A stretch of 64,000 bases of DNA from Lingula anatina (lineage: Eukaryota; Animalia; Brachiopoda). The stretch lies in contig CM120648.1 of NCBI GenBank assembly GCA_051362555.1, forward strand, positions 3,902,587-3,966,586. The letters are read 5' to 3'. The notes under the pieces were generated by a model. That model had not been told where the DNA came from, searched no databases, and saw only the letters and a list, made by a program, of their open reading frames with translations. Each line of letters opens with the position of its first letter. The stretch's first letter is position 1. A program made the position numbers and the translations under genes. Of this stretch, positions 51,734-63,759 are shown in pieces.

Positions 51734-51962
51734 AGAGAACATTCACATCGAGAAGAGCCGAGGTCCAGCAAGGCCGAGACCCAAATATGGCGGACCTACA
51801 TGAAAGGAAAACCGCGTAATCCTTTAATGGTCTCTCAATAAATGCCAATGAATGTCATTGAGAGACCATTAAAGGATTAAGCGGTCTTTCTCTCATGTAG
51901 GTCCGCCATATTTAGGTCTCAGCCTTGCTGGACATCGGTCCTTCTCGATGTGAATGCTCTCT
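51734..51962. mobile_element. About 230-bp hairpin MITE (about 106-bp imperfect arms)
   Basis: agagaacattcacatcgagaag...ggtctctcaat is inverted against attgagagacc...cttctcgatgtgaatgctctct. Confidence 0.8.
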
Positions 51963-52547
51963 TATTCGACTTTTATGGATTTACATAGCATGTAGTCAAT
52001 GTATTGATTCCGCATGTGTTAAGATCGTTTAACCTACAGCCCACCAGGGTACTACGATTGTCGTTACATATATATCGAGACAAACGCTGCGTCATTTTGA
52101 TAAATAATCAGGACTGATATCTGAATTGTTACCAGACAATGCCAAAAAGATAGCGGCACAATTGGTAATTTGTGTGGGAGATATTTAAAGCGTACATGTG
52201 TATTTATTATCTGCATTGGTTAAAGTTCTACTGGGGCGTGTTCACCATGGATTCATAGCTACAATTTTCGGTCTAACATCATGAATGTACTGGCAGTAAA
52301 CTACACAGGAGGGAATATTTCAAGTGGTCTTCATACTCATAGGGTGGGCAGGGAAGAGGCTGCTTTTGTCATTCAGTAGAATATTAGCTGAAGATATAGG
52401 TACCCGGTATCTAAGGTGTTGCTTGGTGCTTTGCAGTGCATTTTAAACTTCAAAATCGTGGATTTCAAGAACGTAACAGTGGTCTTGAGCAGTAAATAAA
52501 TCACCTCTGATTGGTTGGGACAAAGCTAAAGCTCTTCCTCGCATAAA

Positions 52548-52905
52548 GCAACCCTTAGTTTCAAGTATTCCTCCAACAAGAACAGGCTTAGGTACGTGTG
52601 TTCCTCCCACAAGAACTAGCTTAAGTTCATGTGTTCCTCCCATAAGAGAACGCTTAAATCAGGGTGCTCCCCCAATAAAGAGCACCCTTTTCTCAGAAGT
52701 TCCTCCCCTAAAGATCACCCTTAATTTCAGCTAGGTGTTCCTCCCAATAAGAACACACTTAGTTTTCAGCTGGGTATTTCTCCCCCTAAAGTTCTCCCCC
52801 TTAGTTCCATGTCGTTCCTCCCATAAGTTCCCCTTCGTTTCAGAAGGTCCTCCCATAAAAACACCCTTGGTTCCAGCTAGGTGTCCCTATCATAAAGAAC
52901 CATTA
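52548..52905. repeat. Degenerate 33-39-bp tandem repeat (gttcctcccataagaacaccctt...)
   Basis: Roughly 9-10 recurring cctccc(c/a)(a/t)aa cores. Confidence 0.7.
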
Positions 52906-54876
52906 AATGCAAAAAGTACAGAAATTTTCAACCTGCTAGACGTGCATTTAAGTGGGACGGGTTAGGGTGATTTTGGTTATCAGGACAAATGCATTATGTT
53001 GTTACTAATCACGTGACTTACTTTTCGGGAATCCGGTAAAGGACGCTGCTGCATCTGAAATTAAAAAAAAAAAAAGATGATTTAGAACATCAGCGAATGA
53101 AAACTATGATGAAATATGTGCACGCAGTCCCACTTATAAGTGTATATGTGAAGGGTGTGTCAATTATTCTATGACAGTTGATAAATAAATAAATAAATGC
53201 AAGATAAATGACATTTTTATGAAGATAACGAAATCACTTCCGGATTGAGCGTACATTTATTTACCCCCGTTATTTAACTTACTGGTTGATCTAAGCTTTC
53301 AATTTTAATAACGCATGATCCAAGCGTATTGACATAAATAAAAACCCTTGGTATTTAAAGTTTATTTGAGAAGTTTCAAGGAATGGTTTTCTTAGTTTGA
53401 TAGCCTGAATGAGGCGGACCCATTTGAACTTTATGGGGAATAATTTTGTTCGTCTGATGACGTACTAATTTCTGTGATGCAGTGTAAATGAATATGTAAA
53501 TGAATGAATAGGTCCTGTCTTGATATCAAAGTGGATATTTTGATTCATCCAGTCATATTATACTGAAATGACGAGGAAATTAAATTTAATACTGAGTTTG
53601 AAACTGACATCGAATGGTAAAAAAAAAAAAAAAACATAATCTCTGTTTTCAGCGTAAAATTCTGTATTGGATTTAAATTTCTCATTATCTCAAATTTCAT
53701 CTTGGTTATAACATTTTTAATATTCTATACTCACTCTTTGGCGTGGTACTCTTTGGTTTGGCAGTGGTCTGTTTGGTTGTAACGGTACTAGACATAGCCT
53801 CAACCTCCTGCCCTGTAAATACATAAAAATTGAACATACATGTAATTTAAAAAAAACGATTAGAAATCAGAAGTGGTAGTTGATTTGCTCTCTAAAATGT
53901 TCCCGTTGTCTGACAACTGAGAACGTCTTCAACGGGAGTCGATCACCCTGAATGTCGCAGTGCAGTGCACGTGGTTTTTAGAAAAGTAAAACTCATGCTG
54001 GCGTAGAAAAGGCAGCACAAACAGACCCCTAAACTCAGGCTGCCTGCCCTTTTTGATCGCTGTACATAAAAATAATTTCCCTTCATTAGTGACGCAATCT
54101 TGATTATTTTCAAATGGCCATAGCTATGTGTCTATGATAGTGGAAGAGTTTCATTTGCAATGTGGGGCCGTTAATGTCAACAGATTGTAGATTTATAGTA
54201 TCAATAGCAAGCTATTTATCGGCATTAAGATGGAATATTTGGGAGATAAGATATATCCATCGGCATAGAACTATATATTGGACCTGGTAAATACCACACA
54301 TTTAAACTAGATAAGGATTTGCCACAACTCTTCTAATAATTCTATACTCTGTTGACTTTATGTCTACTTTTCCATCGAGGTTTTCCAAATGAACATTTCC
54401 TATTGTGAAAACATTTGGTACATGATTTCGTGATTTCTTAAATATGAACAGTATCATAATCAACAAAGATATAGAGTACTAATAAAAATGTTATTCTCCT
54501 CGTATGCATGAAAACACTAATAACAACCTCTTACCTAAATAAGTAGCCAGTAAGAGGACTACCAGACAGACAACCGCAACTTTCTTGGAGCTATTCATTT
54601 TCAAAATGAGAGATCAGATGATCGTGCCTTTAACTTGATGTTTCATGCACACCGGGTGACTCAGATTAGGAGACCTCGTGAGGGTGAGTGAGGTTTTTAT
54701 ACCCGGCTAACCAGATATCTGAGATAAGGTGACGCACACGATACCAAGAACCCGCGAAACTGAAACTGACACCGGAAGTTGACTGCATTGTACCTGACAG
54801 AGACGTGCTCTTCACCCGTGCACTGATTGAAGTGAAATACTGTTATATCTTCACCCTCTTTATTGTGGTATGAGTT

Positions 54877-55439
54877 GTAAGAGACGAGTTTTACAGGCCC
54901 CTCCCATCAAGGAGGAATGTAAATGTATAGTGAGCAAAGAAGCGTAAAGGAGGAGGTTTTGAGGAGGTATTTTTGTATGGTATTTCTTATGTAATTGTAT
55001 AGCTAGCAAAGAAGCGTAATGACAAAATCAATTTACTGCATGGTTGGCGCAGACCGCTTGGGTGCATTGTATTTTAAGAGGTTTCTAGCAATAGCTCATG
55101 CAAGCCTTAACGCATATATTCGGCTGTATATTCACAAACACGAGACGGGTGCGGGCGCGCCAAACGCATTCTTCTGCGCATTTCTAGAAAAAGGGAGTCG
55201 AAATTGCCCTTTAATAAATAAATAAATAATCCAAAACTTTTTTCCGATAACTCCTGAAATTAGATCAAGCTAAAAATAACCATACAACCCCCTCCTTTAC
55301 CCTTCTTTGCTCGCTATACAATTACATAAAAAATACCATACAAAAATACCTCCTCAGAACCTCCTCCTTTACGCTTCTTTGCTCACTATACATTTACATA
55401 CCTCCTTGATGGGAGGGGCCTGTAAAACTCGTCTCTTAC
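54877..55439. mobile_element. About 560-bp MITE with about 140-bp TIRs
   Basis: gtaagagacgagttttacaggcccctccc... is inverted against ...gggaggggcctgtaaaactcgtctcttac. Confidence 0.88.
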
Positions 55440-56066
55440 TACTAGTATGGAACACTTAACCCCCTATTACACTGTGCTTCAGAATGGTGGAACACGAACT
55501 TTAACCCAATTTGTATTACAATTATGTCAAAAAAATTGTGCAAGATTAGCTTTACTAACAAAGAATTCATTGTTGAGTATCAGATACTGCCGGAGCTCCA
55601 ACTTTGAAGGGGTGAACTTGGGCAAAACGCGCGTTCTCCAAGCGATCACAAGACCGGTGTAACAGGGGCTTATGTCTGCTATGGAGTTAATACAATGTAT
55701 GTAACGAAAATATACGCATGGGTCGTATGCGTTATAATTGAAGCAATTCACGTGATCGCTAGATTGGCATTTTCAAATCAAAGAAGCAGCAATGTCGATA
55801 AGAAACTATTCTCTGTATTTTGATTTTTTGGGACAGGCGGTGGGTGGATGGTTGGCAAATACTGAAAATATTCCAAAGAGCTCGTGAAAAGTTAAACATT
55901 TTGTCGCTACATTCTATATCCACGTACTGTCTCTCTAAGTATAGGATTCTGTACCTTGGGTATCACTCATATCATAGTCCAGAAAGACATCACCCCGAGG
56001 AACATAGAATACTGTAGAGACATCCACTCATACTACAAAGTTAAATGAATCATGAGACCCAGGCTT

Positions 56067-56231
56067 GAGTGGCATTGGACGGTTCGAGGACTTACGGTGA
56101 GTGATATTGGACGGTACGAGGACTTAAGATGAGTGATATTGGACGGTTCGATACCTTAGGATGAGTGAAATTAGACGGTCCGAGGACTCAGGGCGAGTGA
56201 TATTGGACGGTCCAAGGACTCAGGGTGAGTC
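56067..56231. repeat. 32-bp minisatellite x5 (gagtgatattggacggttcgaggacttagggt)
   Basis: Contiguous direct repeats with no spacers. Confidence 0.9.
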
Positions 56232-56755
56232 ATAATGAAAGAAAGGTTCGCCTTCCAATGAGTCGATTATCTGGACCTGTTTATTTATTATCGCTGAGTA
56301 TATACAGTATGATGTCACAGCTGATAGAAGATAACCTCGCTAGTCATAGGGACGTGGGAACCTACACATAAAAACTAAAGCAAAAAAAAATGTAATTTAC
56401 TTCCTCCTCTTGGATTGTACCAGCTCAAGGTACAGTACTCTCCACGGTGGTATATTTGAATTTCTGGGTAGGCCCGTTATTGTGATGTGAGATCTCTGAC
56501 CTTGAGCCCAATATATAAAGTATTCCCAAACGTGTTCGATCTCAAACTGATTTGACCTAATTAAGATGAGTATTTATCTTGTTATCATCAGCAGACTGAC
56601 ACTTGCAAATAACGTATCGGTTGTTGAATGATCTCAAAATAACGTTGCTCATAGAGCAAGTACTTGCGAATTATGATACAATAGATCTCACAATTATATA
56701 ATCATAGTGACACCCTTTGAATACAACTTTCAAACTCTTAATCACTCACATGTGG

Positions 56756-56923
56756 CAGGCCCGTAGGCAGCAATTTCAAAAGGGGGGTTCTTTTTCTGAA
56801 AAAGTGGACCTTTTTCCATAAAAACTTCATGTACGTAGATCAAATTTTACCCAGAGTGGACCTTTTCCCAGCAAAAGGGGCGGTTCTTTCGAACCCCCCG
56901 AACCCCCCCTGGCTACGGGCCTG
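56756..56923. mobile_element. MITE with CAGGCCCGTAG TIR and near-5-bp TSD (tgtgg/tgtag); truncated second copy at 59134..59280
   Basis: TIRs, plus the shared internal ttctgaaaaagtggaccttt sequence. Confidence 0.8.
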
Positions 56924-57279
56924 TGTAGCTTGTTTGTCAACATTGTCTCGTTTATAGAGGGGGACTTCAAGGTAATTCTAGAAACTCCCTTGGTTGTCTA
57001 CCCACAGCAGGACCCAGCTATATGTATGGATAGGAAATTAATATGAAATCATAAAAGACATGTACCGTATTTCATTTATCTTAAATCCCCATTCAGTTTA
57101 AGATTCTGATGCCCACGTTTAAACTTCCCTTACTCCCCCCCCCCTCCCCCCTCCCCCTCCAGGTCTGGGAATAAGACCATATGTTGTTTCAGCATATTGC
57201 ACAGTCTACTAGTATTTCGTGACTTGAGGTTCAACAGCATTTTGAAGTTCTTTGCAGTTGACGCCACGTTACATCAATA

Positions 57280-59017
57280 ATGAAGGGTGTTGTGATTCTT
57301 CTTCTTGTGTGTGTATTGGCTGTTAATGGTAAGTTTTGGAAAGAAAGAGAGAGAGAATGAGAGAGTGGGGGGGAGGAAGAGAGTAAGGCGACCCTTGTTT
57401 TACTTCACTGTCCAGAATCTAATTCCTAGAGACGGAAAGGGGGGGGGGGAGACTAAGGGCAGGCTGGCTGATTACAAAATTTATTAAAAAAACGCTAAGT
57501 AAATGTAAGATATCTTAATATAGACATGTGTGCAGCGTTACTATAATAACACCAATATAGTAAAATTGCAAAGATTGATAGTGACAAATGGATTAGATAA
57601 ACAATGAGTATAATATATACAAATTAAACATATAGGAAATAAGTTTAAGTTATACGAGGGTGCTGTTGGTGAACGCCCCTTATTTGTTTACAGGATTTAA
57701 ACGTTAAATTGGAATATCAGCAAATGAGACTTTTTAGCACTTTCAGAGCCACTTTTAAATAGCTACAAGAATCTTATTCTCAAACATATGTCATTGTCTT
57801 TATTTCAAAGCCGCTCCATTGGAGGAAAGAGCAGTTAAAGGTAATTATACATCTGTATAACTCTCCTTTAAAAGGATTTAACTCTACATGACGTATTACT
57901 AAAATAAATGATAAATAACACACTAGAGTATTTATTTGTTTATTAAATCATAATCAAATGTAAACAAGTGAAAAAATGAATATAAATATCAATAGATCTC
58001 TATTCACAAATTCACATAAAAGAAATCAATTTGTCTACATTTGTCTACTATAAGATACATATCAAGATATCCTGAAATCAAGATCGGATTTATTCTTTTT
58101 TTTTTTTCATTTTCCTTTTACCCTTGTTAACTTTTCGACAATGGTTGAATAAATGTGATTGTCATCAATGGTATTCTTAATGCCCTTAAACCAACAAAAA
58201 TTTAAAACAAAATGCGAACGCCCTTATATCTTAAAAATCTCACTTTTGTGTCTGTTTCAGATTGCACCACGATTGTAAATTGCTTCGTCCACCCTTGCAC
58301 CTTCGCCAAGTGCTCTATTCCCGGCGCAGTTTGCAGGTAGGTCACCTCGAGCTCGTATCTTCACCCCGAGCAATGCAAGATTCCATTAAAGAGATAAATG
58401 GCAAATAATATGCTTTCAGATATTGATCGATTTATGGCAAATGTTTCAAATGAAGAAGACTTTTTTGATATCAATCCCACGTGAAATCTTTACCACTTTA
58501 GTTTACTTTAAAGTGACAAAAAGGCAATCGAAATAATTCCCACACTATTGGTAACAGCTATATAACTTGAAGTCCTTCACGAAAGTTTTATTTGATTGAA
58601 CATAAACGATGTTTGTGCGGTTACCAATGAGTAAAAAGAAAGTGATTGAAGTAGGATTTCATTTTGAGGGATTACGTAGTGTAAATACGAATACCTTCAC
58701 AAGGATATGTTCTCATTTTTGCATAGAAAGGAAATGTTTAAAAGTCAGACAGGTAAAATTAAAAATGACAAGAATTTTCAGATTATATTTCAAATTTCAG
58801 TCTACCGAACTTACTAAAACTCCTGACACTGAGAGCTTCCTTAAGCTAAAATTGATGTGTTGAACTAATAAATTTAATCATTATAATAAAAACAAGGTAT
58901 GTTTCTGACATATAATGGTAGTTATACCAGTATTACTAGTTTATTTGCTTCTTTTTCAGACAAGGGTGCTTCTGCAATCCGATCTGGGAAGTGAACGGCA
59001 TGGAAGTGCAATGTTAA
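57280..59017 (+). CDS. Small secreted cysteine-rich peptide, 70 aa: join(57280..57328,57811..57840,58261..58336,58960..59017)
   Basis: MKGVVILLLVCVLAVNA-APLEERAVK-DCTTIVNCFVHPCTFAKCSIPGAVCRQGCFCNPIWEVNGMEVQC*. Canonical splice sites with consistent phases (1,1,2) and AATAAA at 59070..59075. Confidence 0.82.
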
Positions 59018-60985
59018 ACATTCAACCAAATGCATGACTCTTGCACCATTTATTGTGTATTAATACAATAATAAAGAATTTCCGAAACACTCGTGTTACA
59101 GTTTTTTAAAAAGAGAAAACGCACGGATAATTTCAGGCCCGTAGCCAGCAAATTAAAAAGGGGGGTTCTTTTTCTGAAAAAGTGGACCTTTAACAATGAA
59201 ACCTGTGTACCTAGATAAAATTTTATCCAAAATGGACCTTTTCCTGACAAAAGGGATGGTTCTTTCGAACCCCCCCCCAAATTATTTCTACAATTTTATA
59301 ACGACTGTTCATGTTTCAAAACTATTTCTAATCACTATAATGCTTATTCTCATAGTGCACTCTGGTGGAATGATGCGATGGTTTTACTTATGAGTCTAGT
59401 TATTGATGCGAAGAAGTGACTTCAAAGATTCCCACAAAATGCATATATAATTTTGTACATGTATTTAATCGGTTAGATTAAGACTTTATCTGAAAGTTTT
59501 CACACACATTTGATATTCTTCAAACAAAACTGAAATTTCACTTTTGAAAGAAAATAAATTCCATTTACTCAAAGGACCCAATTTGGACAGGAAAAGGTTT
59601 TTTTTATCTATTCTTGGCCGTGGATTACTCATGCTAGTGGATTACTCTATAAAGGTAGAAATTGACTTATTTATGGTTTTCATGGGTGAAGGAATAAGAA
59701 TATGCTACTATTTGTTGCTTTGATTATTTTGTATTTGTGATTTATCTGATATCATACACTTGCATCATTTAATACAGTTCCCTTAATTTTCAGAAATTGC
59801 TGCGCCAGGACATCACATCATCAAAATTTAATTTGATTCCTGAATCCGCCCACTGTTTATTATCAATAAATCAATAAACAATATTTTGATAAGCTGTTTA
59901 TACACATCCAGACATACCTCATATATTATGTATTTATACATAAATAGCTTTTGGGTATTTACAAATGCAGGAAGAAAGTATACATTTAAAGAGTCCAGTT
60001 TGTAAAATATCATAAGTAAGCATAATAACTTTTAATCATAAACCAATTTAACACACACTAGTGATGAAGATATCCTCCAGAAAAAAAGGAATATTAAAGA
60101 AAATTGCTGACTTGAGGACGCGAAATAGAATGGCGGCATCAATAAATGAAGCACGGGAACAGCACAGATTAATTGCGTTGGAGAATACGGCGATCAAATG
60201 CAATGCAGTCCAACACAATCAGGAAACCGGGCAGTTATTCTTGGCGCAGTGCGGTCGGCGTTTTCAATGATACGGTCTTCTACTCTAGTATTAACAAACC
60301 CCTTTATATATTAAATGGGAACTATCGCTAAGAAGACGTTCGCTGCAACATTTGTAGCTCAAACTGAGGCCAAATAGATTTTTTCACATGCAAAACAGCA
60401 ATGTTTCAAATTAGCAATGGTGACGTGCACAGTTTTTTAGCGCGAGTAATCTTCGAATTCCCGACTATTCTGTGACCTAATTTTTGCAGACTGAACTTAA
60501 GATTAGTGTAAACGAATTTAAATTTAAATATTTACGCGATAAGGAAACTAGCTGAGTCAGCAGTCGCCAAAGTATATATGTCTTCATACAACCGACCGAC
60601 GATAGATCGGCGTAAACAACTGCAAAATTCCATGAGAAATACCAACTTCTGAAGTCAAACATTTTTGATGAAATTACATATGTCTATTCCTCGTTGAGGG
60701 TGTACACGAACTACAGAAAATTATTCGAATGTTGAAGTAAACGCCGGATATTATCATAAAAACGGTGAGCTGAAATTTTAATTGAAAGGTAAGCTTACCA
60801 GTGCCTTCATTTTAATCGTTCATGTGATACGTGCATAGCTCAAGATCGCATATGACTTGAAAATCCAGGTACACATGTATCTTACCAAATCCAGTCCACC
60901 TTGGTAGTCCAAAAATTTAAAACACCCTCTTTTTGGGGGGATATTCTTGTGAAATGAAATACACATTTTGATCAATTTCTGAACA

Positions 60986-61630
60986 ATGTGTGTTTATATT
61001 AATTTTGCTGTTCTTTATCATTTAGCAGTGCACTTGGGAGCAGTCGCATTACGACATTACTTCACTACAACAATTCTTCAGAATGGAAAGACAGTGGAAC
61101 AGTTTCTGACGCGGAATAAACGGAATTTCAAATACAGATTAAAAAGGTTTGCTCCCAAATCAAAACATGACCTGCTTTTCCTGCCAAACAATCAACCTGT
61201 GCAGAACATGGACGACTGGGACGTGACTCTGCTATTTTTTCTGATCCGCCAATTTCATCCTACTGTCCCGGCCAAATGGTACGGTTGGAATTGCTCAGAA
61301 AAAGCTAAAGCAAAAGCAGACCTCTTTCTGACACCAGAGATAGAGGCTATCATAAATATCAAGTACCACAGGAATCAACTAGTACACAGAGGCACCGATA
61401 TGGTAAACGAACTGGAATTTAAAAAACTGTGGAACAGCATTGCTCCCAGTCTTATCACACTGGGCGTGGAGAAACGAGAAATTGAGACTGCCAAAATGGA
61501 CATCATGAGTTATAGGCAAATAACATTACACCTAGGGAATATATCAAGTGACAAGAAGGCCCCTATTCAAGGAACAGTGACAAATCATACCACGTATCTT
61601 TGCAAGGGCAGGAGGTGGCTTTCGCTTTAA
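60986..61630 (+). CDS. Stand-alone DZIP3-type HEPN-domain protein, 214 aa
   Basis: NF..L..L...G..ALR..F, WDVTLLFFLIR, P..WYGW, EAI..IKYHRNQLVH (R-x4-H) and F..LW..I...L..LG follow the HEPN_DZIP3 family pattern. Additional exons are not excluded. Confidence 0.75.
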   Translation: MCVYINFAVLYHLAVHLGAVALRHYFTTTILQNGKTVEQFLTRNKRNFKYRLKRFAPKSKHDLLFLPNNQPVQNMDDWDVTLLFFLIRQFHPTVPAKWYGWNCSEKAKAKADLFLTPEIEAIINIKYHRNQLVHRGTDMVNELEFKKLWNSIAPSLITLGVEKREIETAKMDIMSYRQITLHLGNISSDKKAPIQGTVTNHTTYLCKGRRWLSL

Positions 61631-62550
61631 TCGACAACTGCTGTGGTTTACTTCACAAAATGAATTGGTTTTGACCATGTGGACAAACAAAAAGTTCTTA
61701 CATATCTGTAGGAAAATCTTTTGTTAATTTTCTGTGTCAAAGCTTTTAACATTGCCCCCCAAATAAACACTTAACTTATACCAGGCTATTTACCAGTAAT
61801 CACATAATCTGGGGGTACAAATTCTAGTTTTAATTTTGTTGATTAATTATGTTGTTGAATACCAGTCTTTGGTGTTGCGATGAAAGTAAATGAATAGCTA
61901 TACATACTGTATATTATTCCAGTACATATGATTTGTATGATAATGTAATAATACTGAACATAATAATAGATTTACGTTGTAATTTTAATATTTACATTTT
62001 ACTAATTTTACATTTATTTTAGATCTGTGAAGCCAAGTTTAGGTATTCCTGTATCAAAAGACATACTTGACATTAAATATGGAACGTTTTGTTCCAAATC
62101 ATTTTTCATCAATTTTATCGTATTTTTCTGACAACTAAATGAAAATAAGGGTTAAATTGTGTTTTAATAACATTTAATAGTCTCCTTGATGTCATTGTGA
62201 CATCAGTTCGTTAATTGAATTCGCCATTGAAGCAAATAAAAATACATTGACAACCATAAAAGGCAATATTCTGAATCTCCATATTTTCCAAATTATCATC
62301 TGTAACTGCTACAAAGAACCCTAATGTCAGTGTCTAGTCACAACAACGGTGGTGCGACTGACCTCATCTGGTTGCTGCCAGGACTTTTCTCTCTGATAAT
62401 GCCACCGAGAAGATAGCAATTTTTGGCTTTTTGTTACTGGATGGTGATGATGACGCTTCGGATTTCTTTTACATCCATGCACGCTTCCGTGTATCATGCC
62501 ACGCCCCTAAATCGGGTACTACTGTCCGACTACGTCCAAAAATAAAACAG

Positions 62551-62730
62551 TACCCTAACCTCTTACCCTAACCTTAGCGTTTACCCTAACCCTAGCCCTA
62601 ACACTAACCCTAAACCAAACCCTTAATATTAACCCTAACCCTAACCTAACCATTACCTATTCCTAACATTTACCCTAACCTTCATGTAACCCTATCACTA
62701 ACTCTAACCATAACCGTTACCCTAACCCTT
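62551..62730. repeat. Degenerate interstitial (TAACCC)n tract
   Basis: About 180 bp of imperfect taaccc/aaccct units. Confidence 0.85.
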
Positions 62731-63264
62731 AAAATATAATAAATGAAAATAAATTTGATCTGTAGATAAGATTAAAAAGGAAATCAACTGTGATAATTAA
62801 TACTACGTGCTGCTGATAGGTAAAAAAAACTATTTTGGTAGGTGTGGGATTGATTTAAAAAATTCAATGGCAGCTCAAAACAGAGCCGTGAGAGACTAGC
62901 TTTTACTGGTAAAAATAATGAGATACATATCTCGCTTTACTCCAATACATGAAAGGTTTTCTTTTATGTATTTAGTTGGTAGCAAGTTATGGCAGTGATA
63001 TTGTCATGTTATTATCTTACGTTTTTATACGCCACCTATTTTCTGGAGGCTCTCTCAATTTGTATACATTAAATTGTCATTCTTTTGGTTCATCAATCAC
63101 AACATTAAAAAAACTAAACATTAACGCAATAACGCCCCCCCCCCATCCGCTCCCGACACACACACACACACACACACACCTATCGTCATCTCTTCCAAGA
63201 ACCCTTCACCAACACAGAGCTCTCTGTATTAGTTTTATCTTTACGTCTTGTTATCTTTTCTCAC

Positions 63265-63334
63265 CTCCAGACCCGTGGCACAAACGCCTGATAAACAACA
63301 GTGCCGCCAGCGTCAGCATCATGAACGGCAACAT
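63265..63334 (-). CDS. Probable first (signal-peptide) exon of an unidentified gene: MLPFMMLTLAALLFIRRLCHGSG + phase-1 donor gtgaga
   Basis: ATG, hydrophobic core, small-residue cleavage region and a good donor. I could not identify downstream exons. Confidence 0.45.
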
Positions 63335-63728
63335 GTCTTAAGACGTGTAACGTAAATTTGACAGAGCTTCTAGTATTTAGTTTGTGTACTATTTTTTAAC
63401 GATGCACGTGTGTTATGTGTAGAAAAATATAATATTTTATATGTAGAAAAATCCAGGGATATTGTACAACAGTGAGCGGATGCGTATGTGTGATTCTTTT
63501 CCGGCTGAAGCGGAAGGTAGGTGAAACGAAGTCGGTGCTTGAGTCCTGTGCAAGATACAAACGAAAGTTTTCCGCATACCTTGTAAAGACATGTCGTCTT
63601 GTCAATGTACTATTTTAACTAATTTTGTAACACATCGATGAAAATCTTTTGGTAAGTGAAATATTCACGAATGTAGCCTAATCCCCGACATTTTATTTGA
63701 AGAAGTTACAGAATGTATGTTGTGCCAA

Positions 63729-63759
<31 letters not shown>

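Noticed and set aside
56067-56231. CRISPR-like 32-bp repeats
   Set aside because: The units are contiguous with no unique spacers, there are no cas genes, and the context is eukaryotic.
60061-60270. 69-aa ORF upstream of the HEPN ORF as a possible antitoxin partner
   Set aside because: No recognisable domain and no supported splice link; the evidence is insufficient.
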